From Candidatus Omnitrophota bacterium (GTDB taxonomy: Bacteria; Omnitrophota; Gorgyraeia; Zapsychrales; Zapsychraceae), in NCBI GenBank assembly GCA_050250375.1, contig JBFWOS010000003.1:209284-273283 (forward strand): a DNA stretch of 64,000 nt, given 5' to 3'. Positions within the stretch are counted from its first letter, which is position 1. Each line of letters opens with the position of its first letter. The translations under genes were made by a program, and so were the position numbers. Below the pieces are notes generated by a model that was not told where the DNA came from, searched no databases, and was given only the letters and a program-made list of their open reading frames with translations. Positions 29,500-40,069 of this stretch are shown here, piece after piece.

Positions 29500-30840
29500 C
29501 TATTTCTTTATATAAGGAAGAATAAACCGGTTTTGGAAATCGGCCTGTTCTTTGTCAAGCATGGGGCATTCATCGCAGGTATGAACCTTGACATTACATA
29601 TTTTAACCGGGCATGTTACTCTTATTTGTCTAAGAGCCAAGACTATTCTGTGTAGTCTTTGGGTTCCTCTCCCTTTGACAAGTATAACATCCCCGGGCTG
29701 GATCATGCCACGGATCAGTTCTATCGCCTGATAGACATCATTTTTTATATAAACTGCGTCCGAACGGTCTTTTCCGGAACCGACAAAACCGGCCCTGGTC
29801 TTTTCGAGCTCCATGCCCCCTACCAATAAAACTTTGTCAACGGTTTGCCCGATGTATTGCCCGAGACGACGGTATGTTTCATAGGAATTCCCCGGAGGAT
29901 CTTCAATATTCCCGCAAATCATTAATTTCCGCTGAGCTCGAACCTTTGCGAACATATCCAAAGCCGAATCAAACGTGTCAATACCTCCTTTATAAGTATC
30001 GTCAATAACCTTGACGTCATTGTCCAACGGGATTAATTCAAAACGTGATTTACTAGGCGGCATAGATTCTAAATTCTTGATGGCTGAAGAAACGTCATAT
30101 TTGCAAATAATGGCCACCGCCACTGAAGACAAAAGCGGATAAACAAAATGCCGGCCCAATAACCTGGTTTTTACCTCCCATTCCTGATCTTGATATCTGA
30201 TTCGAACGGTCATACCTTCCGGCCAGATATATTGGACATCCATGGCCCGTACCATGCAGTTTTCCCCAAACCCGTATGTGACAATCTGTGCTTTTGTCTG
30301 GGAGGCCATCCAGAGTACGTGGGGATCATCCCCGTTTAAAACAGCCGTTCCGGTTGGAGTAAGGCCTGTCAGAATTTTTACTTTTTCGTTTCGTGTTTCC
30401 TCGGGACTTGAAAAAGAACGAAAATGCTCAAGTTTAATGGACGTGACAACCACGATATCCGGTCTGGTTAAATAAGCATTCGCCCCCATCATCCCCGGTC
30501 TTGATATGCCGGCTTCTAAGACGCCAAATCGATCCCATGGTTTGATAGATAAAAGGTTTTCCGCCAGACTACTCCCATAATTACTGTAAGAGACACGGCG
30601 TCCTGCACAACCTAACGCTGTACTGATGGTCCCGGTCGTGGTTGTTTTACCTAATGATCCGACCACAACAATAACTTTTGTCCCGGCGATAAGAGTTCGC
30701 CTGTAAATTCTTCCTACTTTAATCAGAAATGAAAACATTCTGTCATATTGGTTCCTTAAGAATATTTTATAGCCATTTCTTAGTCGGCACAGTTTTATGA
30801 AATCAATCAAAATATGCATACCAAAGTATACCACGATCAT
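29500..30840 (-). CDS. Mur ligase family protein (MurF-like) with Cys-rich C-terminus
   Basis: VVGSLGKTTT, VLEAGISRPG, VLNGDD, VIDDTY, ILVKGRG; tail TCPVKIC...TCDECPML. Confidence 0.8.
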   Translation of the reverse strand: MIVVYFGMHILIDFIKLCRLRNGYKIFLRNQYDRMFSFLIKVGRIYRRTLIAGTKVIVVVGSLGKTTTTGTISTALGCAGRRVSYSNYGSSLAENLLSIKPWDRFGVLEAGISRPGMMGANAYLTRPDIVVVTSIKLEHFRSFSSPEETRNEKVKILTGLTPTGTAVLNGDDPHVLWMASQTKAQIVTYGFGENCMVRAMDVQYIWPEGMTVRIRYQDQEWEVKTRLLGRHFVYPLLSSVAVAIICKYDVSSAIKNLESMPPSKSRFELIPLDNDVKVIDDTYKGGIDTFDSALDMFAKVRAQRKLMICGNIEDPPGNSYETYRRLGQYIGQTVDKVLLVGGMELEKTRAGFVGSGKDRSDAVYIKNDVYQAIELIRGMIQPGDVILVKGRGTQRLHRIVLALRQIRVTCPVKICNVKVHTCDECPMLDKEQADFQNRFILPYIKK

Positions 30841-30998
30841 AACGATTCAATTTAATCCAATAAAAAAAATAATGCGCGAATTATTATGTCCACCTGTAAT
30901 AAAAAAATTGGTTCTTTAGAAATAGTTTTCATGTTAGTTTAACCTGAAAAATTACAAAAACAGGCTTAATTAATCTGTATCATATTGATACCAATTCA

Positions 30999-31056
30999 TT
31001 TACATATTTCACACAATCTTCACATATACGCCATGATTGCTTCATATAATTGACAT
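30999..31056 (+). promoter_or_regulatory. Pho-box-like direct repeats upstream of porin-pstSCAB
   Basis: TTTACAT(30999), TTCACAC(31008), TTCACAT(31019), TTCATAT(31041), TTGACAT(31050); mostly 11-bp phase. Confidence 0.65.
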
Positions 31057-31194
31057 ATTATTTACTCAAGCAAATCTTGAAGAGGAGGTAAAATGAAGCG
31101 ATTAAAATCAATCCCTTTTTAATTGCCAATAATTACCAAAACCAAGTTTATATAAATGATAAACAAAGAATTACGGTTAACAAGGAGATATTGA

Positions 31195-32457
31195 ATGAGG
31201 AAAAATCTTATAGGAGTTCTGATTGTGAGTTTCTGTGTATGGATGACCACCATCCCCGCCTTTGCATCCAGTACAGAGGTCGATGCTTTAGTGGAAAAGT
31301 TAGTCGAGAAAGGCGTCCTGACTAAATCCGAGGCCAGAGAATTAAAGAGTGAGATTGCGGCTGATGAAAAACTCATGAAAGAAGAAAACCTAAAACAAGC
31401 ACTTCCCGAATGGGTCCAAAAAATGAAACTCAAAGGGGATTATCGTCTGCGTTATCAAAAAGAAAAGAAATCGGCTAATGAAGAAGCCCGAAACAGAGGC
31501 AGGATGCGTTTCCGTTTGGGACTAGAAACCGATATTATTAAAGATAAAGTTAAAGTTGGGGCGGGACTCGCAACCGGTGGGGCCGATCCGCGATCAACCA
31601 ATGAAACGTTCGAAAACACTTTTGAACACGGCGGTATCTCCTGGGATTACGCTTATGCGGAGTATTTCCCTAATAAACATATAAAAATAATCGGCGGTAA
31701 ATTTGTCAAATCCAGTTACCTTTGGGTGCCGACCGACATGCTCTGGGACAGCGATATTAATCCTGAAGGCGCCTCCATTCATTTAGAAAGGGAATTAATC
31801 GGGAAAGCCAAAGGATACATAAATTCCGGCGTTTGGATTATTGATGAAAATAATCTAGCCGATAAAACTGATCCGTTTATGCATTACGCCCAGACCGGGG
31901 TTCAATGGAAAAACGACTCCTTTGATTTCCAAGTGGCCGGTGTCGCATATAAATTCAACGGTGTTAAGGGAGCAGATTTAGACAATGATCGCAGTTCCAA
32001 CACGAAAACCGGCGGCGTGCTTAAACATGACTATGATTCTTTAGGTGCCTCGTTTGAAGTTGGGGTCAGCCGGCCGGCCGACAGTGATTGTCCTGTCGAA
32101 CGAATCGCGATATTCGGCGAATATATCAATAATCTTGACCAGTTTTCAGGCGCGGATATTGATGATAACGACGGCTGGTCGTTAGGCATGGTTGTGGGAG
32201 ATAAAAAAGTGGCTAATAAGGGAAAATGGCAGTTTAAATACATCTTCACGCATTTAGAAAAAGATGCATTCCCGGACACATTCCCGGACTCAGACCGCCA
32301 TGCCGGTGACACAGACGTTAAGGCGCACGAAGCCATGATTTCGTTAGGCTTAACCAAGAACGTGACCTTTGGGATTGACTACTATCATTCCAAACGGATT
32401 AAAGCCGCTGAAGATTCGGAAAAATTGGTTCAAGCTGATCTTGAATTCAAATTTTAA
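31195..32457 (+). CDS. Putative (phosphate-regulated) porin
   Basis: Signal peptide, VDALVEKLVEKGVLT coil, LKGDYRLRYQ, RMRFRLG, DPRSTNET, WDSDINPEG, C-terminal F. Confidence 0.85.
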   Translation: MRKNLIGVLIVSFCVWMTTIPAFASSTEVDALVEKLVEKGVLTKSEARELKSEIAADEKLMKEENLKQALPEWVQKMKLKGDYRLRYQKEKKSANEEARNRGRMRFRLGLETDIIKDKVKVGAGLATGGADPRSTNETFENTFEHGGISWDYAYAEYFPNKHIKIIGGKFVKSSYLWVPTDMLWDSDINPEGASIHLERELIGKAKGYINSGVWIIDENNLADKTDPFMHYAQTGVQWKNDSFDFQVAGVAYKFNGVKGADLDNDRSSNTKTGGVLKHDYDSLGASFEVGVSRPADSDCPVERIAIFGEYINNLDQFSGADIDDNDGWSLGMVVGDKKVANKGKWQFKYIFTHLEKDAFPDTFPDSDRHAGDTDVKAHEAMISLGLTKNVTFGIDYYHSKRIKAAEDSEKLVQADLEFKF

Positions 32458-32547
32458 TAAGGAACGATCAAAATAGCAAATTCATATGACATTATAAAAA
32501 TAATAAGGTAAGATTAAATTCATTCCCTCTTACCTGAGGAGAAAACA

Positions 32548-33534
32548 ATGAAAAAACTACTAACATTTTTAATGCTGCTGGGTCTTGCAGCGACCGAAGC
32601 CATGGCCGCTGATATTGTCAAAGTCGATGGTTCAAGCACGGTCTTCCCTATCACGGAGGCTGTTGCCGAAGAATTTCAAAATTCTGGCGGTTCTAAGGTT
32701 ATGGTTGGAATCTCAGGAACAGGCGGCGGGTTTAAACGATTCTGCCGAGCAGAAACGGATATCAGCGACGCCTCCCGTCCGATTAAATCCAGCGAAATAT
32801 CCGCCTGCCGGGAAAATAATATTGAATATATTGAATTACCCGTTGCCTACGATGGATTGGCCGTTGTTATCAATCCTGAAAACACCTGGGTTGATTATCT
32901 GACCGTTGAAGAACTGAGCATGATTTGGAAACCCGAATCACAAGGCACCGTGACCAAATGGAGCCAGGTCAGAAACGGCTTCCCCGATGTAGACATCAAA
33001 CTCTTTGGTCCCGGGACTGATTCAGGGACATTTGATTATTTCACGGAAGTCATTAACGGAAAATCGGGCAAAAGCCGCGGTGATTATACGGCCAGCGAAG
33101 ATGATAATATCCTCGTTGAAGGAGTTTCATCAGATAAAGGCGCGATCGGTTATTTCGGTCTGGCTTATTATGAACAAAATATGGACAAATTAAAATTGGT
33201 TCCCATTGATGACGGAAAAAGTGATAACGGCAATGGACCAGTTTCACCCTCTATGAAAACAGTCATGGACTCAACGTATCAACCATTGGCCAGGCCAATT
33301 TTTATTTATGTCAGTAAACAATCCGCCGATGAAAAAGAATATGTCCGGAAATTCGTGGAGTTTTATTTAGAAAATGCACCCCCATTAGTTGAGGAAGTCG
33401 GATATATTCCTTTACAGGATGAGTCTTACAGCGCCGCTCAGGTACGTTTTAACTCCCGGACGACAGGGTCAGTTTTTAATAACTCCGCTTCGATCGTCGG
33501 GGTACCGATGGCCGAATTATTAAAACAAAAATAG
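32548..33534 (+). CDS. pstS: Phosphate ABC transporter substrate-binding protein
   Basis: [51 protein letters not shown]. Confidence 0.95.
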   Translation: MKKLLTFLMLLGLAATEAMAADIVKVDGSSTVFPITEAVAEEFQNSGGSKVMVGISGTGGGFKRFCRAETDISDASRPIKSSEISACRENNIEYIELPVAYDGLAVVINPENTWVDYLTVEELSMIWKPESQGTVTKWSQVRNGFPDVDIKLFGPGTDSGTFDYFTEVINGKSGKSRGDYTASEDDNILVEGVSSDKGAIGYFGLAYYEQNMDKLKLVPIDDGKSDNGNGPVSPSMKTVMDSTYQPLARPIFIYVSKQSADEKEYVRKFVEFYLENAPPLVEEVGYIPLQDESYSAAQVRFNSRTTGSVFNNSASIVGVPMAELLKQK

Positions 33535-33540
33535 TTTTTC

Positions 33541-34437
33541 ATGCAAGATAAAAAAACAAACAGGAAGTTCAAGGAAATGTTGATAGAGAGGCTGCTTTTT
33601 TCATGCAGCCTCCTATCAATTTTTACAACAGGCGCCATTATATACATCCTGTTTTCGGAATCCCTGGGATTCTTCAAACATGTCTCGTTGTGGCAGTTCT
33701 TAACCGACACCGAATGGACCCCCCTATTCACCATTAAGCATTACGGGATACTGCCGTTGTTATGCGGGACATTGCTGACAACGATTATTGCTTTGCTGGT
33801 GGCTGTTCCGGTCGGGTTAATCAGCGCAATTTATTTAAGTGAGTACGCCTCCGTCCAATTTCGCAACTCGATTAAACCGTTTATGGAAATCTTGGCGGCC
33901 ATCCCCACGGTTGTGTACGGTTATTTTGCCCTTATATTCGTCACCCCTTTTTTAAAAAAAATTATCCCTGACCTGTCGGGCTTCAACGCATTATCCGCCG
34001 GGTTAGTTATGGGAATCATGATTATCCCTTTAGTATCCTCGCTTAGCGAGGATGCCATGCACGCTGTCCCCATGGGTCTTAGAGAAGGGGCATACGCGTT
34101 AGGTTCCCAAAAAATCCAGGTTGCTTTCAGAATCGTTTTCCCGGCTGCATTATCAGGCGTGACGGCCTCCATTATCCTCGCCGTTTCACGCGCCATCGGA
34201 GAGACCATGATTGTGGCTATCGCGGCCGGACAACAACCTAATTTCACATTTAATCCGCTGGTGCCGGTTGAGACCATTACAGCTTATATCGTACAAATCA
34301 GTTTAGGGGATACTCCCCACGGAACCCTTGAATATAAAACCATCTTTGTATGTGGGCTTACATTGTTTATATTGACATTTTTATTAAATATTATCAGTTT
34401 TAAACTTAAACGCCGTTTTCAGGAAGTCTACCAATAA
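33541..34437 (+). CDS. pstC: Phosphate ABC transporter permease
   Basis: [28 protein letters not shown]. Confidence 0.95.
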   Translation: MQDKKTNRKFKEMLIERLLFSCSLLSIFTTGAIIYILFSESLGFFKHVSLWQFLTDTEWTPLFTIKHYGILPLLCGTLLTTIIALLVAVPVGLISAIYLSEYASVQFRNSIKPFMEILAAIPTVVYGYFALIFVTPFLKKIIPDLSGFNALSAGLVMGIMIIPLVSSLSEDAMHAVPMGLREGAYALGSQKIQVAFRIVFPAALSGVTASIILAVSRAIGETMIVAIAAGQQPNFTFNPLVPVETITAYIVQISLGDTPHGTLEYKTIFVCGLTLFILTFLLNIISFKLKRRFQEVYQ

Positions 34438-34441
34438 AAAC

Positions 34442-35341
34442 ATGTCCATAAAATCAACCCGAATATTGAATAAATCTTTTAACGTGATTGGTCTCTTAAC
34501 GACTTTATTCGGCGTGATTATTCTCTCCATTCTGATCATTGATGTTTTTAATGACGGATTTTCCCGTCTGAGCTGGGATTTCTTAACGAGTTTTCCATCG
34601 CGAAAGCCTGAAAAAGCCGGGATATTTTCGGCCTGGGCCGGGACATTATGGATTATGCTGACAACCGCCCTGATTTCAATCCCTGTCGGAGTCGGCTCCG
34701 GTATATATCTTGAAGAATATGCCCGGAAAAATAGAATTACGGATCTGATTGAAATTAACATCGCTAACCTGGCCGGAGTTCCTTCAGTTATTTACGGTAT
34801 CTTAGGGCTGGGGCTATTTGTCCGCTGGATGCATCTCGACCGCAGCGTCCTGGCCGGAGGTCTTACGCTTGCGCTTTTAATCCTGCCGATTGTCATCCTT
34901 GCAACCAGGGAAGCATTGAGAACAGTTCCGTTTTCCATCCGGGAAGCCGCTTATGCGCTGGGAGCTACAAAATGGCAGACCGTCAGCACCCAGGTCTTGC
35001 CGGCCGCGTTCGGAAATATCTTGACCGGGATTATTCTCGCCCTGTCACGTGCGATCGGAGAAACCGCACCTCTCGTAACTTTGGGCGCATTAACCTACAT
35101 CCCATTTTTGCCGACTAACCCACTCTCTTTTAAATCGAGCTTTCCCTATGTTCACGTAAGCTTAAACGGATTTCTTGATCCATTTACAGTTCTGCCGATT
35201 CAAATTTTCAATTGGGTTTCGCGCCCACAAAAAGGTTTTCTTGTCTGCGCCGCAGCTGGTATACTTGTATTGTTATTTATAACGCTTCTATTAAACGGAC
35301 TTGCAATTTTCTTAAGGTATAAAAACCAAAGACGCTGGTAA
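34442..35341 (+). CDS. pstA: Phosphate ABC transporter permease
   Basis: [39 protein letters not shown]. Confidence 0.95.
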   Translation: MSIKSTRILNKSFNVIGLLTTLFGVIILSILIIDVFNDGFSRLSWDFLTSFPSRKPEKAGIFSAWAGTLWIMLTTALISIPVGVGSGIYLEEYARKNRITDLIEINIANLAGVPSVIYGILGLGLFVRWMHLDRSVLAGGLTLALLILPIVILATREALRTVPFSIREAAYALGATKWQTVSTQVLPAAFGNILTGIILALSRAIGETAPLVTLGALTYIPFLPTNPLSFKSSFPYVHVSLNGFLDPFTVLPIQIFNWVSRPQKGFLVCAAAGILVLLFITLLLNGLAIFLRYKNQRRW

Positions 35342-35345
35342 TCTT

Positions 35346-36209
35346 ATGGCAGTTATTGACCATTTAAAATCAAATAAACCTAATCAAAATTTTGTGGTTA
35401 AAAACAAACCTCCTCAAGAACCCGAACCTCCAAAGGTGGAAAATATGGAAACGCAAGAAGTTATTTTTGATATCGACCAGTTGACCAGTTTTTATGGACC
35501 TAAAAAAGTCCTTAAAGATGTCAACCTGACGATCGCCGGTAAATCCGTCACTGCGCTTATGGGGCCATCGGGGTGTGGGAAAAGTACACTTCTGCGCTGT
35601 CTAAACCGTATGAACGATTTGGTTCCAACTTTTAAACCAGAAGGAAAGATTTATTACCATCAAAAAGACTTATACTCAAGAGAAATTGACGTGACCGAAT
35701 TAAGACGGGAAATCGGTATGGTTTTCCAAAAGCCTAATCCATTTCCAAAAAGTATTTATGAAAATGTCGCCTACGGCCTGCGCATACAAGGCATCTCAAA
35801 TAAATCCTTTATCAACGATGTGGTCGAAGACAGTCTCAAAAAATCTGCTTTATTGGATGAAGTAAAAGATCGTTTAAGCGATTCCGGCTTTTCATTGTCC
35901 GGAGGCCAGCAACAGAGACTTTGTATCGCACGCGCACTGGCCGTTAAACCGAAAGTCATCCTCTTTGATGAGCCCTGCTCCGCTCTGGATCCGATTGCGA
36001 CCGCTAAAATTGAAGAACTCATAGTCCAGCTAAAAGAAAAATATACGATCGTCATCGTCACCCACAACATGCAGCAGGCCGCGCGCATCTCTGATACAAC
36101 AGCCTTTTTGATGTTAGGAGAAATTATTGAAGTCGGCAAGACGACAGAAATCTTTACTAAACCCAAACAGAAGATTACAGAAGATTATATCACCGGCCGT
36201 TTCGGTTAA
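35346..36209 (+). CDS. pstB: Phosphate ABC transporter ATP-binding protein
   Basis: [38 protein letters not shown] end. Confidence 0.96.
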   Translation: MAVIDHLKSNKPNQNFVVKNKPPQEPEPPKVENMETQEVIFDIDQLTSFYGPKKVLKDVNLTIAGKSVTALMGPSGCGKSTLLRCLNRMNDLVPTFKPEGKIYYHQKDLYSREIDVTELRREIGMVFQKPNPFPKSIYENVAYGLRIQGISNKSFINDVVEDSLKKSALLDEVKDRLSDSGFSLSGGQQQRLCIARALAVKPKVILFDEPCSALDPIATAKIEELIVQLKEKYTIVIVTHNMQQAARISDTTAFLMLGEIIEVGKTTEIFTKPKQKITEDYITGRFG

Positions 36210-36265
36210 TCGTTGACAGAATAATAACATTGCTATATTTAAAATTTTGATAAAGGAATAAATCC

Positions 36266-36964
36266 ATGCAAAGACATCTCGACCAAGAATTACAGACCTT
36301 AAATGCCAACCTGCTTAAAATGGCGACGCTCACGGAAGAAGCAATCCATAAATGCGTGGAATCCCTGAAACTAAGAAACACCGATCTGGCCCATGAGGTG
36401 ATCGCCAATGATCAGAAAATCGACAATTTGGAAAATACAATTGAAGAAGAATCAATCGAACTCCTCGCCTTATTTCAGCCGATGGCCAATGACCTGCGTT
36501 TTATCACGACGGGAATGCACATCAGCTCAGATCTGGAACGTATCGCGGATTTAACCGTCAATATATCCCGGCGCGTCATTGAATTATCCGAAAAACCTTT
36601 GCTAAAACCGTTGGTCGATACCCCCCGTCTGGCCGAAGTGGCGAAACGGATGGTCCGAACCGCCATCGAATCTTTTATTCAACGCAATGATGAGTTAGCC
36701 AAATCCGTCATTTTCTCCGACAAGGAAGCGGACGAATTACGCACCAGTATAATTAAAGAACTTATTTATGAATATATGGTCAAAGACGGAACAACCGCTC
36801 CCCGCGCAGTCCCCCTCCTTTTAATCGCCCGTGACCTTGAACGGATATGCGATCATGCCACCAATATTGCCGAAGATGTTATTTACATGATCAACGCGAA
36901 AATTGTAAAACATCATTTGGAAGAATTGATTTATGTCTATAAGAAAGTAAACCGCTCCGAATAA
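36266..36964 (+). CDS. phoU: Phosphate signalling complex protein
   Basis: QPMANDLR, DLERIAD, RDLERICDHATNIAEDV. Confidence 0.95.
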   Translation: MQRHLDQELQTLNANLLKMATLTEEAIHKCVESLKLRNTDLAHEVIANDQKIDNLENTIEEESIELLALFQPMANDLRFITTGMHISSDLERIADLTVNISRRVIELSEKPLLKPLVDTPRLAEVAKRMVRTAIESFIQRNDELAKSVIFSDKEADELRTSIIKELIYEYMVKDGTTAPRAVPLLLIARDLERICDHATNIAEDVIYMINAKIVKHHLEELIYVYKKVNRSE

Positions 36965-36996
36965 TTGTTCTCAGAAACGGCTTCTTAAAAAGTTTA

Positions 36997-37045
36997 TACC
37001 CGTCTCTCGAAAACCAAAATTTCTTTACGATAACGGGTACTTTTT
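36997..37045 (+). terminator. Possible intrinsic terminator after phoU
   Basis: TACCCGT...ACGGGTA followed by a T run; large, imperfect loop. Confidence 0.4.
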
Positions 37046-37062
37046 ACTGGGAAGGATTTTCT

Positions 37063-37260
37063 TTAAGATTGACTGATTCGTCTGCGCAGACGCCGGAGTT
37101 CCGTTTCGGATTCTTTTAATGATTCCAGAATAAATCCGTCATCATACCGGTGTGTGCGCTCAATCGTTTCTAGGCAATTATGCAAATTGATAATTTGAGT
37201 TCTTATATTGCTGACAACCTGATCAATATAAGGGCTGGTTGAAAAATCAAACCTGTTCAT
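37063..37260 (-). CDS. Small helical hypothetical protein (65 aa) downstream of phoR
   Basis: AGGAGG RBS before ATG 37260; MNRFDFSTSPY...ELRRLRRRISQS. Confidence 0.65.
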   Translation of the reverse strand: MNRFDFSTSPYIDQVVSNIRTQIINLHNCLETIERTHRYDDGFILESLKESETELRRLRRRISQS

Positions 37261-37315
37261 TTCGTCTCCTCCTTTCCTCAAAAAATTTTAATACAACTAC
37301 TATTTTACTGATGCT

Positions 37316-37354
37316 TGTGTCCAATCCATTACCTTTTGATGAACTCTTTGTGAA
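37316..37354 (-). promoter_or_regulatory. Pho-box-like repeats upstream of the 65-aa gene
   Basis: TTCACAA-N4-TTCATCA (11-bp phase) plus weaker units, then TAAAAT at 37307-37302. Confidence 0.45.
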
Positions 37355-37359
37355 ATCGA

Positions 37360-39141
37360 TTAATGTCTGGGCAGAGTGAAACGGAAGGTGGATCCCTCTC
37401 CCAATTTGCTGGTCACGTAAACTTCTCCTTTATGGGCCTGGATAATATGCTTGACGATGGAAAGCCCCAGCCCTGTCCCTCCGATTTCACGGGAATGGGC
37501 TTTATCCACCCGGTAAAACCGCTCAAAAACACGCGGCAAATCATCCTCCGGTATTCCGATTCCGGTGTCAGATATACTGACTTCAATCCCGGAGCCTTTG
37601 GAAACCGCGGAAACTGTAACCGTTCCGTTTTCCTTATTATATTTAATGGCGTTTTCAATCAGGTTCAGCAAGACCTGGGCGATACTTGTGGCGTCAAAGG
37701 TAACGTCACCGATCGTGTCCGGAATTTCATTCTTGAATGTAATTCTTTTATTTTCGATTTGTTTGCCGAGCCCTTTCTCAACCCGGCTGACAAGTTCCTT
37801 AATATTCTGTTCTTTAAAAATAAATTCCATCTTGCCGGATTCAATCCGTGACAGGTCCAGCACATCTTCAACCAATTTTGCCAGCCGCTCAGACTCGGAA
37901 TAAATAATTTTCGTGAAATCTTCGGCATTGGCCTTATCATTCAAAGCCCCTTCCAGGAGAGTTTCCGCATATCCTTTAATATTCGTAATCGGTGTGCGCA
38001 ATTCATGGGAGACATTGGCCACAAAATCTTTGCGGACCGATTCAAGCCGCCGTAATTCCGTTATATCATGAAAGACCATGACAGCGCCGTCGATCACTCC
38101 GTTTAAAGTAACCGGAGTCGCGTGAATAATAAAATGTTTCTCATGCGGGAACAAAACGGATAATTCACGGGACAAGGCCCCGGCTTCCTGCTGGGTCACT
38201 TGATTTACTATCTCCTGAATTTCAACATTCCGGATCACTTCAATCGGTTTTTTCCCGACCACCTCTTCCATGACTTGAAACAAATTTCTGAGGGCTTTGT
38301 TCATCAGTTTCATTTTTCCGTTTTTATCTACGACAATGACCCCGTCAAACATACTCAACAAAACCGCCTCCAGACGAAGCCGGCTGCTGACGACCTCATC
38401 AATCCTTTCTTTAATCTGCTTGGACATATAGTTAATGGAATTCGACAAATCCCCAAATTCATCATCCGTATGGATATCAATGCTTCGCGAGAAATCTCCC
38501 GCCGCGATGCCTTTAGCCAGGGAAGATACCTCCTTGATGGGGCTGGATACAACATATGACGCAAAAAAACCGAGGATGAGGGACAAACAAAAGGCGATCC
38601 CCAATGAAATAAAAAGAAGCTTTATAAGGCTGTTGGAATATTGGTCGGCCGAGGACAATGGGACGGCTAACCGGAGAACCCCTCCGGGACTATTTCCGGT
38701 TTTATCCTGAAAAGGAACAGCCAGATAAATCATATCTCTACTATCGGTTTCACTGTAACGCTGGCTTTCACCCAGGCCATTTCTAAGGGCCTGTTGCACT
38801 TCCGGCCGCTGCAGATGGTTATCAATGGATTCCACACCCTGCAAACTCAAATTTGAGTCACCCAGAACTTTTCCATCCCGATTAATGATGGTTACGCGCA
38901 AACCCAGGTCATTGGAAATATGATCGGCGATATCGTCAATGTTCTTAGTCGTCAACGTCCCAGAGTATTGATTTCTAAGAAAACTGGCCGCTAAATTTAT
39001 CTTGCTTTTAAGGTCTGATTTGATGGCCCGGTAGGTTTGCTCTTTGAGGTGATTCTGGAGATAAATAAAAACCCCCAGGAGGATCACGGCCACAATCAAA
39101 GAAATAATAAAGGTTATTTTGTATTGAATATTGACGCGCAA
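37360..39141 (-). CDS. phoR: Phosphate regulon sensor histidine kinase
   Basis: 2 TMs, NHLQRPEV sensor, HAMP, PAS, FVANVSHELRTP, NLIENAIKY, GGTGLGLSIVKH. Confidence 0.92.
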   Translation of the reverse strand: MRVNIQYKITFIISLIVAVILLGVFIYLQNHLKEQTYRAIKSDLKSKINLAASFLRNQYSGTLTTKNIDDIADHISNDLGLRVTIINRDGKVLGDSNLSLQGVESIDNHLQRPEVQQALRNGLGESQRYSETDSRDMIYLAVPFQDKTGNSPGGVLRLAVPLSSADQYSNSLIKLLFISLGIAFCLSLILGFFASYVVSSPIKEVSSLAKGIAAGDFSRSIDIHTDDEFGDLSNSINYMSKQIKERIDEVVSSRLRLEAVLLSMFDGVIVVDKNGKMKLMNKALRNLFQVMEEVVGKKPIEVIRNVEIQEIVNQVTQQEAGALSRELSVLFPHEKHFIIHATPVTLNGVIDGAVMVFHDITELRRLESVRKDFVANVSHELRTPITNIKGYAETLLEGALNDKANAEDFTKIIYSESERLAKLVEDVLDLSRIESGKMEFIFKEQNIKELVSRVEKGLGKQIENKRITFKNEIPDTIGDVTFDATSIAQVLLNLIENAIKYNKENGTVTVSAVSKGSGIEVSISDTGIGIPEDDLPRVFERFYRVDKAHSREIGGTGLGLSIVKHIIQAHKGEVYVTSKLGEGSTFRFTLPRH

Positions 39142-39147
39142 CGCGAA

Positions 39148-39843
39148 TTACTCCTGTTCAAAAAACCGGTACCCGTATCCACGAACAGTTTCAATATATT
39201 TGCCGTAACGGCCCAATTTTTGCCTCAGACGTTTAACGTGAGTATCCACCGTTCGGGTTGTGACATCGGCTTCAATACCCCAGACATCGCTTAAGAGCTG
39301 GTCACGGCTTTGCACGCGCCCGATTCGATTGAGTAGCATGACCAAAAGATCAAATTCCATCGCGGTCAGTTTGACTTCTTTTGAATTGACGAGAACTTTG
39401 TGACGCGGGATATCCACTTTTAACTTGTCAAAACTGAGGATGTCCTTATGGCCGGATTCTGTTTTGACAACAGATCGTTTCAGGATGGCTTTCACCCGAA
39501 GGACCAGTTCACGCGGACTGAATGGTTTAGCAAGATAATCGTCCGCCCCTAACTCAAGTCCGACGATCCGGTCTATTTCCTCAGCCCGTGCGGTTAACAT
39601 GATGATGGGGATATGCAAATAGACGTCTTCCTGCTTGATGATCCGGCAGACTTCGAATCCGTCCATTTTAGGGAGCATGACATCGAGGATGATCAGATTG
39701 ATCTTTTCTTTATCAAGAACGGCAAAACCTTCTTCGCCGGTGACAACCGCATGACAATGATATCCTGCTTTTTCCAGGTTATATTTCACGAGTTTTGAAA
39801 TATTTTTGTCGTCTTCGACGATTAAAATATTTTCATTGGACAT
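39148..39843 (-). CDS. phoB: OmpR/PhoB family response regulator
   Basis: ILIVEDD, LDVMLP, GADDYLAKPFSPREL, TRTVDTHVKRLRQKL, TVRGYGY; start placed at ATG 39843 (track start 39876). Confidence 0.9.
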   Translation of the reverse strand: MSNENILIVEDDKNISKLVKYNLEKAGYHCHAVVTGEEGFAVLDKEKINLIILDVMLPKMDGFEVCRIIKQEDVYLHIPIIMLTARAEEIDRIVGLELGADDYLAKPFSPRELVLRVKAILKRSVVKTESGHKDILSFDKLKVDIPRHKVLVNSKEVKLTAMEFDLLVMLLNRIGRVQSRDQLLSDVWGIEADVTTRTVDTHVKRLRQKLGRYGKYIETVRGYGYRFFEQE

Positions 39844-40027
39844 ACTGGTTATATTCCCCTGCAAACCTGCCGCCATTAATATTCTTTTTAAAAAAATGAT
39901 ACCACATTCAGGCAGAAAGTCTGTATTTTTCTTAAAATGAAACTTTATTCCCTCTTTTAAGCGACCGGTCCATTGTTTGAATTCCGAATAACAACCCCCC
40001 GCCTTTAGTTTAAAGCTTAACCGCCTA

Positions 40028-40066
40028 ATGTATATTTCTCGTGAACAGATTGTGAAGTTTGTGTTA
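40028..40066 (-). promoter_or_regulatory. Pho-box-like repeats upstream of phoB-phoR (autoregulation)
   Basis: TAACACA, TTCACAA, TTCACGA, TATACAT at 10/11/11-bp spacing. Confidence 0.65.
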
Positions 40067-40069
40067 CAT

